A stretch of 64,000 nt of DNA from Planctomycetota bacterium (GTDB lineage: Bacteria; Planctomycetota; B15-G4; SIAN01): the NCBI GenBank assembly GCA_031409275.1, contig JANNXA010000009.1:1-64000 (forward strand). Reading direction: 5' to 3'. This document shows, in pieces, positions 1-10,148 of this stretch. Position numbers and translations under genes: made by a program. Position 1 is the first letter of the stretch. Each line of letters begins with the position of its first letter. The notes under the pieces are model-generated. The model did not search any database and was not told where the DNA came from. It saw only the letters and a program-made list of their open reading frames with translations.

Positions 1-1
1 C

Positions 2-1429
2 TACGTCGGCCTCTTCAACTGGCTCTTCGCGAAGAAGCACGGCGGGAAGTTCCTGCTGCGCATCGAGGACACCGACCAGGTCCGCAGCACGCCCGAGAGC
101 GAAGCGTCGATCATGCGCGCGATGAAGTGGCTCGACCTCGCCTACGACGAGGGGCCCGACATCGGCGGTCCGTGCGGTCCCTACCGCCAGTCCGAGCGCA
201 CCGAGCACTACCGCGTCCACACCAAGCTGCTGCTCGACAAGGACCTGGCCTACCGCTGCTTCTGCACGGAAGAGCGGCTGAAGGAGCGGCGCGCCATCCA
301 GATGGCCGCCAAGCTGCCGCCGGGCTACGACGGCAGCTGCCGCGCCATCGCGAAGGCGGAGTCGGAGCGGCGCGCGACGGCGGGCGAGCCGTTCGTGGTG
401 CGGCTCAAGGTCGACAAGTCGGGCAAGACGATCGTGAAGGACGTCCTGCGCGGCGACATCGAGTTCAGCCACACCGAGATCGACGACCAGGTGCTGATGA
501 AGTCGGACAACTTCCCGACCTACCACCTCGCCAACGTCGTCGACGACCGGCTGATGGGGATCACCCACGTGCTGCGCGCCGAGGAGTGGATCTCCTCCAC
601 TCCCAAGCACGTGCTGCTGTACCAGGCGTTCGACTGGCCGGCGCCGGTCTTCTGCCACCTGCCGCTGCTGCGCAACGCCGATCGCACCAAGATCAGCAAG
701 CGCAAGAACCCGACCTCGCTCGACTGGTACCGCAGTCAGGGCTACCTGCAGGAGGCGCTGGTCAACTTCCTCGCACTGATGGGCTTCGCGCCGGCCGAGG
801 GCGAAGGCAGCGAGGTCTTCGATCGCGAGCAGCTGCTGGCGCGCTTCGACCTCGACAAGATCTCGATCGGCGGACCGGTCTTCGACCTCACCAAGCTCGA
901 ATGGCTGAACGGCGAGTGGATTCGCCGCCAGAGCGTCGAGGGGCTCGCCGACCGCCTGCTCCACTTCCTGGCGCACGACGGCCCGGTCGAAGGGCGAACC
1001 CGACTGCCTCCGCGCGACCTCGTGCTGAAGATCGTGCCGTTGATCCAGGAGCGCATGAAGAAGCTCTCCGAGTGGGACGAGTGGACCGACTACTTCTTCA
1101 AGGAGTCGGTCGTCCTCACCAAGGACGCGTTCCGCCGCGCCAAGCTGCCGCCGGCGCAGCTCGCCATGGTGCTGACCGCGTGCGCCGACCTGCTCGGCAA
1201 GAACAGCAACATCGACCATGGCCGCGATGAGCCGGCGCTGCGCGAACTCGCGGGCAAGCTCGGCGTGAAGGTGGGCGACCTCTTCATGTCGCTGCGCGTC
1301 GCCATCACGGGCAAGTCGGCGACCCCGCCGCTGCTCGAGTCGATGGAGTTGCTCGGCCACGCCACGAGCGTGGCGCGGCTGCGGGCGGCGGCGCAGTTCC
1401 TCGCCGAGGGCGATCCGGGCGAGCTGTAG
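2..1429 (+). CDS. gltX: Glutamate--tRNA ligase (5' end lies outside the window)
   Basis: Frame is open from base 2 (YVGLFNWLFAKKHGGKFLLRIEDTD). Contains PYRQSER, YRCFCT, PTYHLANVVDD, HVLRAEEW and the KMSKS-like KISKR. Confidence 0.97.
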   Translation, partial: YVGLFNWLFAKKHGGKFLLRIEDTDQVRSTPESEASIMRAMKWLDLAYDEGPDIGGPCGPYRQSERTEHYRVHTKLLLDKDLAYRCFCTEERLKERRAIQMAAKLPPGYDGSCRAIAKAESERRATAGEPFVVRLKVDKSGKTIVKDVLRGDIEFSHTEIDDQVLMKSDNFPTYHLANVVDDRLMGITHVLRAEEWISSTPKHVLLYQAFDWPAPVFCHLPLLRNADRTKISKRKNPTSLDWYRSQGYLQEALVNFLALMGFAPAEGEGSEVFDREQLLARFDLDKISIGGPVFDLTKLEWLNGEWIRRQSVEGLADRLLHFLAHDGPVEGRTRLPPRDLVLKIVPLIQERMKKLSEWDEWTDYFFKESVVLTKDAFRRAKLPPAQLAMVLTACADLLGKNSNIDHGRDEPALRELAGKLGVKVGDLFMSLRVAITGKSATPPLLESMELLGHATSVARLRAAAQFLAEGDPGEL

Positions 1430-1517
1430 GAGAGGGAACCGCGGAGCACCGGACGACGTACGATCGCGCGCCCCTTGATGGCGCACGGTCGCCGCCCCTT
1501 CTCACGAGGTTCGCACG

Positions 1518-3470
1518 ATGCTCCGGATGTCCCGCTTCTTCGCGCTCGCCTGCGCGCTGCTCTTCGTGCTTCCGCGTCCCGCCGCCGCGCAGGAGGCGAA
1601 GGTCAAGTTCGAGGAGTGGCAACTGATGTACATGGAGGAGGCCAAGGTCGGCTTCGTCCACGTGCTGCAGGAGGAGGTCGAGCGCGACGGCCGGCCGCTG
1701 CTGCGCACCACCACCGACTCGTCGATGACAATCAACCGGCTCGGCACCAACGTCACGGTGCTGCAGCTGGAGCGCATGTGGGAGGACGCCGCCGGCAGCA
1801 TCGTCGCCATCGAGGCGGAGTCGAACACCTCGGCGGCCAAGTCGCGCACCAAGGTCACCGTGAACGGCGATCGCGCCGAGGTGGTCAAGCAGATCGGGGG
1901 ACCGCCGCAGGTCACCACCATCGACTGGAAGAAGGAGTGGCTCGGCTCCATCGCGATGGAGGAGCAGATGCGCCGCCGCATCGACGCCGGCGAGAAGACC
2001 TTCACGGTCGAGACGTGGTCTCCCGACCTCGGCCCCACGATCATGAGCTACGAGTTGCTTGGCCCGGTCGAGGTCGAAGTGCCCGGATCTGGCAAGCGGT
2101 CGCTGCTCCACGCGCGCAGCACGATCGACGTTCAGCCCGGCGTGCTGGTCGATACCTACGCCGATCCCGACGACCTCCTGACGGTCATGACCTCCACCAA
2201 GATGATGGGGATGCGGTTCATCACCGTGTCGTCGACCAAGTCGGAATGCCTGGCCGCGTTCGCCAAGCCCGACACTCCGGAGGTGTTCAATCGCCTCTCG
2301 CCGCGCACCAACGTGCGCCTGCCCGATCCCTACCGAACCGACGAGATCGTGCTGCACGTGACCGCGGGCGACGCGGCGGTGGCGCTTCCGCCGCTCGCCG
2401 ATGAACGCCAGACGATCCTCGAGCAGCGCGGCGCCAACGACGTCGTCCTGCGCATCCGCAAAGTGGTGCCGGAGCAGAAGTTCACGCTGCCGCTCTCCAA
2501 CTTCACCGCGCAAGAGCAGGAATGCCTGCTACCGAACCTGCAGATCGAATCGAGCGACCCGCGCATGATCGCGCTGGCGAAACAGGCGATCGGCGATGAG
2601 ACCGACGCATGGAAGGCCGCCGGCAAGCTCGAACGCTTCACCTACGAGTACATCACCGACAAGAGCCTCTCCTCGCTGCTCGAGACGGCCGCCAAGGTGA
2701 TCGAGACGAAGAGCGGTGACTGCACCGAGCACGGCGTGCTGCTCGCCGGCCTCTGCCGCGCGGCCGGTATCCCGGCGCGCGTCGCCGTCGGCTTCCTCTA
2801 CTTCCAGGGCATCTGGGGCGGCCACATGTGGGCCGAGGTGTCGCTCGGCGGCAAGTGGTACGCGCTCGATGGCGTGCTCGGTCACGGCAGTGTCGACGCC
2901 GGACACGTGCGCCTCGCTGCCGACTCGCTGAAGGAAGCGGAGATCGGCCGCGTCTTCGCGAACGTCGGCATGGGCATGACGATGAAGATGGACCTCCTCT
3001 CCTATCGCCACGGCGACAAGGAGGTGAAGGTGGGCGAGAACCCGGTCGTCTTCACCGTCGACGCAGGCCGCTACCACCATCTGCTGTTCGGCCTGTCGAT
3101 GAGCGCGCCCGCGGGCGTCGAAGTGGTGCCCAACCGCTCGATCAGCCTCGGCGACAACGAGATCGTGGAGTTCGCGCGCGCGGGCGGCGCCAAGGTCGAG
3201 GTGAGCGTCATCGACGTGACCTACGACTTCAAGCTCGACGACGCCAAGGCGATGCTCGAAGCGGGCGGCATGACGCGCCTCAAGGCGTCCGAGCGCGCCA
3301 TCGACGGCCGCGCCGGCCGAGTGTTCCGCGGCAAGAAGGACAAGGCCGAGGCGCTCGCCGCGGCGGTCGTGCGCGACCAGGTCCTGGTCGTGGTCACCGG
3401 ATCGGCGAAGGAGCCGGCCGACGAGGCGCTGTTCGAGGCACTCGTCGCTTCGCTCGACCTCGACGGCTGA
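1518..3470 (+). CDS. Secreted transglutaminase-like domain protein
   Basis: Signal peptide (FFALACALLFVLPRPAAA). Triad motifs GDCTEH, HMWAEV and WYALD. Confidence 0.85.
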   Translation: MLRMSRFFALACALLFVLPRPAAAQEAKVKFEEWQLMYMEEAKVGFVHVLQEEVERDGRPLLRTTTDSSMTINRLGTNVTVLQLERMWEDAAGSIVAIEAESNTSAAKSRTKVTVNGDRAEVVKQIGGPPQVTTIDWKKEWLGSIAMEEQMRRRIDAGEKTFTVETWSPDLGPTIMSYELLGPVEVEVPGSGKRSLLHARSTIDVQPGVLVDTYADPDDLLTVMTSTKMMGMRFITVSSTKSECLAAFAKPDTPEVFNRLSPRTNVRLPDPYRTDEIVLHVTAGDAAVALPPLADERQTILEQRGANDVVLRIRKVVPEQKFTLPLSNFTAQEQECLLPNLQIESSDPRMIALAKQAIGDETDAWKAAGKLERFTYEYITDKSLSSLLETAAKVIETKSGDCTEHGVLLAGLCRAAGIPARVAVGFLYFQGIWGGHMWAEVSLGGKWYALDGVLGHGSVDAGHVRLAADSLKEAEIGRVFANVGMGMTMKMDLLSYRHGDKEVKVGENPVVFTVDAGRYHHLLFGLSMSAPAGVEVVPNRSISLGDNEIVEFARAGGAKVEVSVIDVTYDFKLDDAKAMLEAGGMTRLKASERAIDGRAGRVFRGKKDKAEALAAAVVRDQVLVVVTGSAKEPADEALFEALVASLDLDG

Positions 3471-3671
3471 ACGGACGGCGGAACATGTTTGCGGCGGTCG
3501 CTGCCACCCCGCAGCGGCCGCCGTTTCGTTTCCAGCCGACCGCGCGCGTCACCGAGCGGCGCGCGCGTCGTCTGTCGCCCGCGCGGCACGCCGTCACGCA
3601 TCGCTCGCGTCGGCGTCGACCCTGGCCTCCGCTTCCGCGCGGCGCGGCCGCACTCGCTGGAAGGAGAAGTC

Positions 3672-4484
3672 ATGTTCCTCGCCCCGTCGCTCGCCTCGCT
3701 CACGCTGTTCGCGGCGCTGAACGGCCTCGGTGACACGCCCGATTCGAGCCCCGCCAAGGCGCCTCCGAAGGCGGCCCCATCGGCAACGGGCGAAGTCGAA
3801 CGCAAGGATCCGCTCGCAGAAGCGACGCGCCTCAAGCGCGGCGCCGCCGGCAAGGAAGGCGAAGCGAAGCACGCGGCGCTGATCGCCGCCGCCACCGAGT
3901 ACGAGAAGGTCGCGCGCGCCGCCGGCGAGGATGAGGCGCTCGCGGCGGAGGCGAGCTGGCGCGCCGGCGAGCTGTGGCGGACGCTCAAGCGAGAGGAGGA
4001 GGCGCAGCGCTGCTTCGAGCAGACCACGTCGTACGCCGCCGCGGCGCCGCGATCGGCCGCACGTGCGTGGCTCGAACTCGGCCATGCCGATCGACGCGCC
4101 AAGCGCTTCGATGCCGCGCGACGCAACTACCAGCGGGTGCTCGCCCTCGTGCCCGAACAGCGTCGCGAGTCGGCCCAGGCGCTGAGCTGGCAAGGCAAGG
4201 TGGCGCGGGCCGAAGGGCAGACGGCGCAGGGCCACGCGCTGCTGCTGGCGGTCGGGACGCGTTACCCCGAGTTCCGGCTCGACGACATCAAGAACGTCGA
4301 TCTCGTCGCCTGCGACTGGATCGAAGCCAATCGGCCGGCCGAGGCGCGCGCGTTGATCGCCGACTGCCTCGTGCGCCACAGCGAGCCCGATGACGGCGAC
4401 GAGGAGGTCGACGCCTCGGTGCGGCGAGCCCTCGACAAGATGAAGGCGCGCAAGCTCCTGCTCGATCCGCCGACGAAGCAGTGA
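3672..4484 (+). CDS. TPR-repeat protein, probably exported
   Basis: GAAGGAG RBS before ATG 3672; hydrophobic N-terminus; TPR-like helices (AWLELGHADRRAKRFDAARRNYQRVLAL). Confidence 0.7.
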   Translation: MFLAPSLASLTLFAALNGLGDTPDSSPAKAPPKAAPSATGEVERKDPLAEATRLKRGAAGKEGEAKHAALIAAATEYEKVARAAGEDEALAAEASWRAGELWRTLKREEEAQRCFEQTTSYAAAAPRSAARAWLELGHADRRAKRFDAARRNYQRVLALVPEQRRESAQALSWQGKVARAEGQTAQGHALLLAVGTRYPEFRLDDIKNVDLVACDWIEANRPAEARALIADCLVRHSEPDDGDEEVDASVRRALDKMKARKLLLDPPTKQ

Positions 4485-4488
4485 TCAC

Positions 4489-4542
4489 TCGCCGGCGCGG
4501 CGCCGAGTCGGCGAAACCACCCGACCGGCGCCGCGCGGGCGA
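4489..4542. terminator. GC-rich hairpin between convergent genes (possible bidirectional terminator)
   Basis: TCGCC-G-GCGCGGCGCCG-A-GTCGG pairs with CCGAC-CGGCGCCGCGC-G-GGCGA; no U-tract. Confidence 0.45.
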
Positions 4543-4570
4543 ACCCTGCGCGGCGATCGATGGGCGCTTA

Positions 4571-4747
4571 CCAGCCCGTTGGAGAACTTCCCGTGTCGCC
4601 AGGCGGCGTCTTTCAAGCCGGTACTTCGTCGGAGTCAGAACGTGCTTCGCAACTCGACAACTCACAGGGGAGTTGGCTTCGAACCTCCTCCTCGCCCCGA
4701 CTCGAAATCCGCTCGCCAGACTCGCGGTGACTTCTCCAACGAGCTGC
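4571..4747. mobile_element. MITE-like element A (non-autonomous, TA-flanked)
   Basis: Terminal IR CAGCCCGTTGGAGAA (4572-4586) / TTCTCCAACGAGCTG (4732-4746), 14/15 match. TA on both flanks (4569-70 and 4748-49, the latter within the ugd stop codon). Internally self-complementary. Confidence 0.6.
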
Positions 4748-6045
4748 TACACCCCGATGCCGGTGTAGCGGAAGCCCATCGCCTTCAACTCCTTGCCGTC
4801 GTAGAGGTTGCGGCCGTCGAGGATGGTGGGCGTGCGCAGGATCGACTTCAGGCGCTCGAAGTCGGGGTTGCGGAACTCGTTCCATTCCGTGACGACCATG
4901 AGGGCATCGCACCCTTCGGCCGCTTCGTACATGCCCGTGCACATCGTCACTTCGTCGCCGACGACCTTCTTGGTCGCCGCCATGGCGACCGGATCGAACG
5001 CCTTCACCTTCGCGCCGGCCTTGCGCAGCAGGTCGATCAGGACCAGCGCGGGAGCCTCGCGGATGTCGTCGGTGCGAGCCTTGAACGCGAGCCCCCAGAG
5101 GCCGACGGTCTTGCCGGCGAAGTTGCCGTTCCACTGCTTGGAGAGGCGGTGGAACAGGTGGCTCTTCTGCGCGTGATTGACCTCTTCGACCGCTTCCATG
5201 ACGCGGAAGCGGTAGCCGTACTCCTTGGCGGTCGAGACGATCGCCTTGCTGTCCTTCGGGAAGCAGGAGCCGCCGTAGCCGACGCCGGGAAACAGGAAGC
5301 TGTGGCCGATGCGCGTGTCGGACGCGATTCCCTCGCGCACCTTGTTCACGTCGGCACCGACGCGTTCGCAGATCTGGGCGATCTCGTTCATGAACGAGAT
5401 TCGCGTGGCCAGCATCGCGTTGGCGGCGTACTTGGTGAGCTCGGCGCTGACGACGTCCATGACGATGACCGGGTTGCCGGTGCGCACGAACGGCGCGTAG
5501 AGGCGCTTCATCACCTCGACGGCGCGGACGTCGTCGCAGCCGACCACGACGCGGTCGGGCTTGAGGAAGTCATTGACCGCGTTGCCTTCTTTCAGGAACT
5601 CGGGATTGCTCACCACGCTGATCGGGTGGCTCGTCTCCGCCTGCGCGGCCTGCTTGACCTTCGCCGCGGTGCCGACGGGAACCGTCGACTTGTCGACGAT
5701 CACCTTCGGACCGTTGGCGGCCTTGCCGATGCTGCGCGCGGCCGCCAGCACGTACTGCAGATCGGCGGAGCCGTCCTCGCCCGACGGCGTGCCGACGGCG
5801 ATGAAGATCACCTCGGCGGCGCGGACCGCGGTCGCGAGGTCGGTCGTGAAGGTGAGGCGCTTCTCGTCCTTGTTGCGCTTCACCAGCGACTCGAGGCCGG
5901 GCTCGTAGATCGGGATCTCCCCGGCGTTGAGGCGGGCGATCTTCTGCGCGTCGATGTCGACGCAGGCGACGTCGTTGCCCGTTTCGGCCAGGCACGAGCC
6001 GGCCACGAGCCCGACGTATCCGGTGCCCACCACGGCGATCTTCAT
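4747..6045 (-). CDS. ugd: UDP-glucose 6-dehydrogenase
   Basis: GTGYVG Rossmann motif, KSTVPVGT, SNPEFLKEG, KYAANA, catalytic GYGGSCFPKD, GLAFK and DGRN. Confidence 0.96.
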   Translation of the reverse strand: MKIAVVGTGYVGLVAGSCLAETGNDVACVDIDAQKIARLNAGEIPIYEPGLESLVKRNKDEKRLTFTTDLATAVRAAEVIFIAVGTPSGEDGSADLQYVLAAARSIGKAANGPKVIVDKSTVPVGTAAKVKQAAQAETSHPISVVSNPEFLKEGNAVNDFLKPDRVVVGCDDVRAVEVMKRLYAPFVRTGNPVIVMDVVSAELTKYAANAMLATRISFMNEIAQICERVGADVNKVREGIASDTRIGHSFLFPGVGYGGSCFPKDSKAIVSTAKEYGYRFRVMEAVEEVNHAQKSHLFHRLSKQWNGNFAGKTVGLWGLAFKARTDDIREAPALVLIDLLRKAGAKVKAFDPVAMAATKKVVGDEVTMCTGMYEAAEGCDALMVVTEWNEFRNPDFERLKSILRTPTILDGRNLYDGKELKAMGFRYTGIGV

Positions 6046-6276
6046 CGGCGCTCTTCTCCCGCCTTCTGGCTGAACCCAACCTCGCAGATCGGAGACGATC
6101 GGTCACGACCGTCGATCCGGCGAAAGGGGCGACCCTTATAGTTGCCCCCCTCTCACTCGCAATCCGCACTCACTCGCCTTCCCTCTTCGGGAATGGGGTC
6201 GCCCCTCCTCAAGTGGCGCGCCCAGCGCCGAAGCGGCAGCGACGAGCGCCTCTCTCTTCCTCCATCCACGACCTCC

Positions 6277-6353
6277 GGGCGATTAGCTCAGCTGGCTAGA
6301 GCTCCCGCCTTACACGCGGGCTGTCGCGGGTTCGAATCCTGCATCGCCCACCA
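6277..6353 (+). tRNA. tRNA-Val(TAC)
   Basis: Acceptor stem GGGCGAT/ATCGCCC, D arm GCTC/GAGC, anticodon arm CCCGC-CTTACAC-GCGGG, T arm GCGGG-TTCGAAT-CCTGC, discriminator A and encoded CCA. Confidence 0.97.
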
Positions 6354-6546
6354 CCGCGCCTTCCTCGGCGCTACCCGGAGAGTCCGTCGCACGCGTCCAA
6401 CGGCTGGACGCCGGCTCCAACGCGTGGATCGCGAACTCGCGACCGTCGGCATGACTTGCCGGCAACGGCCGCAGGAATTGCGGCGACCGGGAGCTTCACG
6501 ATTCCTTCATCGACGGTCCCGTCTTTGCCCAAGACGTCCTTCCGTC

Positions 6547-8934
6547 ATGGAACCACTCCTTCCCTCGCGCTCGTCCCGCTCGCACTCGCTGACGCCGCTG
6601 CTGCTGATCGCGGCGGTCGGCGCGACGTTCGGCGCACCCCTCGGTTGCGGCCATCGCTTCAACGCTTCGCAGCGCCCGCTCGGGTCGGGTGACTCCCCGG
6701 AGCCGATCGATCCACCGATCGCCGTCGTGAAGAGCGGCGCCGCCCGCTTCGGCGGCGTGACCGGCATGTCGCCGCTCGCGGATGGCTTCACCGTCGAGTG
6801 GGAGCCGCTGCGGCGAGACGACGGCAGCGCCGATCCGAACTTCGCCTACGACCTCTTCGCCACGTTCGATGGTTCGCTGCCCGCCGTCGATGGCGCGCCG
6901 ACCCTCACCACTGCTCCCGCCGCCGAGCGCGCCGACCTCACCGGTCTTGCGGACGGGACGCTGCTGCGCGTCGCGGTGCGCGCCTTCGAGCTCGTGCCGA
7001 GCGGCGAACTCGACTTGAACCCCGTGGTGCTGACCGGCGAGGTGCGCCCGCTCTTCTTCATCGACGCGACGGCCGGCGGCAACGGCGACGGCCGCGCGCC
7101 CGACCGCCCGCTGCAGCACATCAACGACGCGGTCGGCGCCGCTTTCGCCAGCGGCGGCAACTTCCTGGTCGCGCAGGGGACCTACGTCGAGGAGGTCGCG
7201 CTGCTCGGCAGCATGCACCTCTACGGCGGCTACCCGCACGACTTCGCGGCCGATGGCGATCGCGCCGCGCAACGCACGATCGTCGCGCCGGCATCGGGCG
7301 CGGCCGTCGGCATCCGCGTCTTCGCCAGCAGCAAGCCGACTCATGTCGATCGCGTCGAGATCGCCGGCGGCGACAGTGCGCGCATCGGCATCGACCTGCG
7401 CGACGCCGACCTGCAGCTCTCGCGCGTCTCCATCAGCGACTTCGCCGGCGAGGGGATGGCGCTCAGCTCGCGGCAACGCCTCTCGCAACTGCGCTTCCAG
7501 CAGACGGTCGTCAGCGGCCACGGCGCCGAAGGGATGCAGGGCCAGGGCAGCTTCGACGCGCTGCTCGCCCAGACGAGCTTCCTCGACAACGCCCATGAAG
7601 GGATCGAGTTCGACGACCTCGCGACGCAACCCAATGGCGCGAGCGTGCTGTGGCTCTGGCGCTCGAACTGCTCGCGCAACGCCGAGGAAGGACTCGACGC
7701 CGACCTGGACGAGCTCGACCCGTTGAGCGGCACGAGTTCCCGCGATGGCGACCTCGACGTGGTGCTCGAGGAGTCGGCGTTCGAATCGAACGGCGCGAGC
7801 GGCATCCTGCTCGACGTCGACTACGACGCCTCCGATCGTCTGTTCGCCCGCGCGCTGCTCCGCGAATGTCGGGTCCGCGCCAATGGCGGCGTCGGCCTGC
7901 AGCTCGATGGCGACGAGCCGGCCCTCTATGTCCTGGTCGGCAACCGCGTCAGCGCCAATCGCGGGGGCGGCGTCCTGACCGGAAGCGATTCGCTCGACGC
8001 GGGTCGTGCGCTCTACCTCGCCACCAACCACGTCGATCTGGGCAACGATGGCATCGGCTGGCAGGTGATCGGCCCCGCCGACACGGCGCTCTCCCATCTC
8101 GCCTCGAGCGGCACGCGCGGCGCCGCGCTGCAGGGCAACGGCGCACTGCGCTGCGCCAACAGCGCGTTCTGGAACGGTGTCGCACCGCAATCGGCGACCG
8201 TGGAGTGGTCGCTGCTCGCCGGTGGCGGCCGCGGCTGCTTCTCCGGCGCCGTCGACTTCACGGCGGTCCCGCTCGTCACCTTCTTCACGGCCACCGCGGA
8301 GGCGGCCGATCGCGTGCGCGTACCGTCGGGCGCGAGCGTCGCGATCGGCGACTTCCTCGAGCTCGACGACGACGACCTCGCGCGAACGGTCACGGCGCTC
8401 GCCGGCGATCGCGCCGTGTTCAGCCCGCCGCGATCGGGCGGCGTGCCGGTCGCAACGTTGGTCGCGCTCCTCGCCGGCGACCATGCGACCGAGGACTTCA
8501 CGCTGGTCGCCGGATCGAGCTGGCGCGACCGGGGCGACGCGCTCGAACGCGACGTCGACGGCTCCATCACCGACGTCGGTCGCGATGGAGGGCGCCTTGT
8601 CGCGTTCCGCCCCACCGCGACGGCGCACCTCCCGTTCGTCGTCGAAGCGCTTGCGCCGGGCGCGGGCGCCGCGGCCAGCAAACCCAGCGCGCTCGAAGTG
8701 CGTTGCACGCGATCGGTGCTCGCCACCAGCGTCGACGCCGCGAGCTTCGCGGTCACCTTCCAAGGCAACGCCATCGCCGGCACGCGCAGCGTGACGAGCC
8801 ACACGCTGCGCTTCGTCCCCACCTCGCCGCTGCCGACCGGAGCCATCGAAGTGGCGCTCTCGGAGAGCGTCCTCGCCGCGGCCGACGGCGCCCGGCTGGC
8901 CTTGCCGCTGCGCTACACGGTGAGCGTCCCATGA
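6547..8934 (+). CDS. Exported (lipo)protein: FN3-like domain, right-handed beta-helix, C-terminal Ig-like domain
   Basis: Hydrophobic leader ending in LGC. GNGDGRAPDRPLQHINDAV...VAQGTYVEEV is typical of beta-helix starts. Repeated coils (NAHEGIEFD, NAEEGLDAD, NGASGILLD, NGGVGLQLD). C-terminal TLRFVPTSPLP is Big_5-like. The upstream ORF extension overlaps the tRNA, so ATG 6547 was chosen. Confidence 0.75.
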   Translation: MEPLLPSRSSRSHSLTPLLLIAAVGATFGAPLGCGHRFNASQRPLGSGDSPEPIDPPIAVVKSGAARFGGVTGMSPLADGFTVEWEPLRRDDGSADPNFAYDLFATFDGSLPAVDGAPTLTTAPAAERADLTGLADGTLLRVAVRAFELVPSGELDLNPVVLTGEVRPLFFIDATAGGNGDGRAPDRPLQHINDAVGAAFASGGNFLVAQGTYVEEVALLGSMHLYGGYPHDFAADGDRAAQRTIVAPASGAAVGIRVFASSKPTHVDRVEIAGGDSARIGIDLRDADLQLSRVSISDFAGEGMALSSRQRLSQLRFQQTVVSGHGAEGMQGQGSFDALLAQTSFLDNAHEGIEFDDLATQPNGASVLWLWRSNCSRNAEEGLDADLDELDPLSGTSSRDGDLDVVLEESAFESNGASGILLDVDYDASDRLFARALLRECRVRANGGVGLQLDGDEPALYVLVGNRVSANRGGGVLTGSDSLDAGRALYLATNHVDLGNDGIGWQVIGPADTALSHLASSGTRGAALQGNGALRCANSAFWNGVAPQSATVEWSLLAGGGRGCFSGAVDFTAVPLVTFFTATAEAADRVRVPSGASVAIGDFLELDDDDLARTVTALAGDRAVFSPPRSGGVPVATLVALLAGDHATEDFTLVAGSSWRDRGDALERDVDGSITDVGRDGGRLVAFRPTATAHLPFVVEALAPGAGAAASKPSALEVRCTRSVLATSVDAASFAVTFQGNAIAGTRSVTSHTLRFVPTSPLPTGAIEVALSESVLAAADGARLALPLRYTVSVP

Positions 8935-10148
8935 GCCGCGCGCGCCGCCTGCTGATCTACTCGCCCGACTCGTTCGGCCTCGGCCACTTCCGCCGTTGCC
9001 TGTCGATCGCGCGCGAGCTGTCGATCGCCGATCCGTCGCTCTCGATGCTCTGCCTGACCGGTTCGCCGCGGCCGACTCTGTTCGCCCATCCGCATGGCTT
9101 CGACACGGTGAAGCTGCCGTCGCTGACCAAGGACGCCGACGGCGCCTACCAACCGCTTTCGGGCAACCTCGAGCTCGCGCGCCTCTCCGCGCTGCGCACC
9201 TCCATCGTCGAGGCGACGCTGCGCGACTTCGATCCCGATCTCCTCCTGGTCGACCACGCACCGCTTGGCACGCTCGGCGAACTGCTGCCGGTGCTCGAGC
9301 GGCTGCGTAGCGACGCTCGCGTGACGACGGTGCTGGGGCTGCGAGACGTGATCGACAGCCCCGAGCGAACCGCCGCCGAGTGGGCGCAGCGCGACCTTGC
9401 GCGCCGAGTTCCCGAGCTCTTCGATCGCGTGCTGGTCTACGGCGACCCGCGCGTCTGGAACGCCGTCGATCGTTACGGCCTCGCGCCGGCGCTCGGCGCG
9501 CGCGCGACCCATACCGGCATCGTCTGCCGCTGCATGCCCAAGCCGTCGCATGCGCCGGCGTTCGATGGTCCCGCACGCCGCGGCCGAATTCTGATCACGA
9601 CGGGCGGAGGCGCCGACGGGCTGCCGATCGTCGAGGATGCGCTGCACGCGCTGGCTGGCTGGAACAGCCCGGTGCGCGTCATCCTCGGCCCGCTCGCCGA
9701 TCCCGCCGCGGGCGACCGGCTGCGCACGCTGGCGCGCGCGTTGCCCGATTGCACGCTGCTCCACTCGACGCGCTCGATGTGTCGCGAAGTGCGCGAAGCC
9801 GACGCCGTGATCGCGATGGCGGGCTACAACACCGCCTACGAGACGCTGCGCGCCGGCCGCCTCTACTTCGCGGTCCCGCGCCACGGCCCGCGCCTCGAGC
9901 AGCGCGTGCGGGCCGACCGGCTTGCCGAACTCGGTCTTGCCGTCGCCATCGATTCCGATCCCGCGCGGCGGCGCGCGAGCCTTGCCCAGACGCTCGCCAC
10001 GACGCGCAGCTGCGATCGTCCGGAGGCCGCGCTGCGACCCGATTTCCGCGGCGCGCGCCGTGCCGCGACTCATCTCCTCGAATGGCTGCTGGCGCGGTCG
10101 CCCGCGACCCCGACTCCACTGTCGCAGGCCGCCGGAGGCGCACCGTGA
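8931..10148 (+). CDS. GT-B glycosyltransferase (COG4671 / GT28 C-terminal-like)
   Basis: IYSPDSFGLGHFRR, DLLLVDHAP, GLRDVID, TTGGGADG, MAGYNTAYE, VPR...EQ..RA. ATGA overlap with the upstream gene. Confidence 0.88.
   Translation: MSRARRLLIYSPDSFGLGHFRRCLSIARELSIADPSLSMLCLTGSPRPTLFAHPHGFDTVKLPSLTKDADGAYQPLSGNLELARLSALRTSIVEATLRDFDPDLLLVDHAPLGTLGELLPVLERLRSDARVTTVLGLRDVIDSPERTAAEWAQRDLARRVPELFDRVLVYGDPRVWNAVDRYGLAPALGARATHTGIVCRCMPKPSHAPAFDGPARRGRILITTGGGADGLPIVEDALHALAGWNSPVRVILGPLADPAAGDRLRTLARALPDCTLLHSTRSMCREVREADAVIAMAGYNTAYETLRAGRLYFAVPRHGPRLEQRVRADRLAELGLAVAIDSDPARRRASLAQTLATTRSCDRPEAALRPDFRGARRAATHLLEWLLARSPATPTPLSQAAGGAP

Noticed and set aside
6142..6546. 5' extension of the 930-aa ORF
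   Set aside because: It runs through tRNA-Val and is R/S/P-rich; the signal-peptide-like sequence begins after ATG 6547.
6496..9576. 1026-aa antisense ORF and similar long shadows (11652-14234, 20356-22659, 45316-47379, 56348-59962, 5' part of 39968-43036)
   Set aside because: They overlap well-supported genes, are R/A/G-rich without motifs, and are expected from stop-codon scarcity at high GC.
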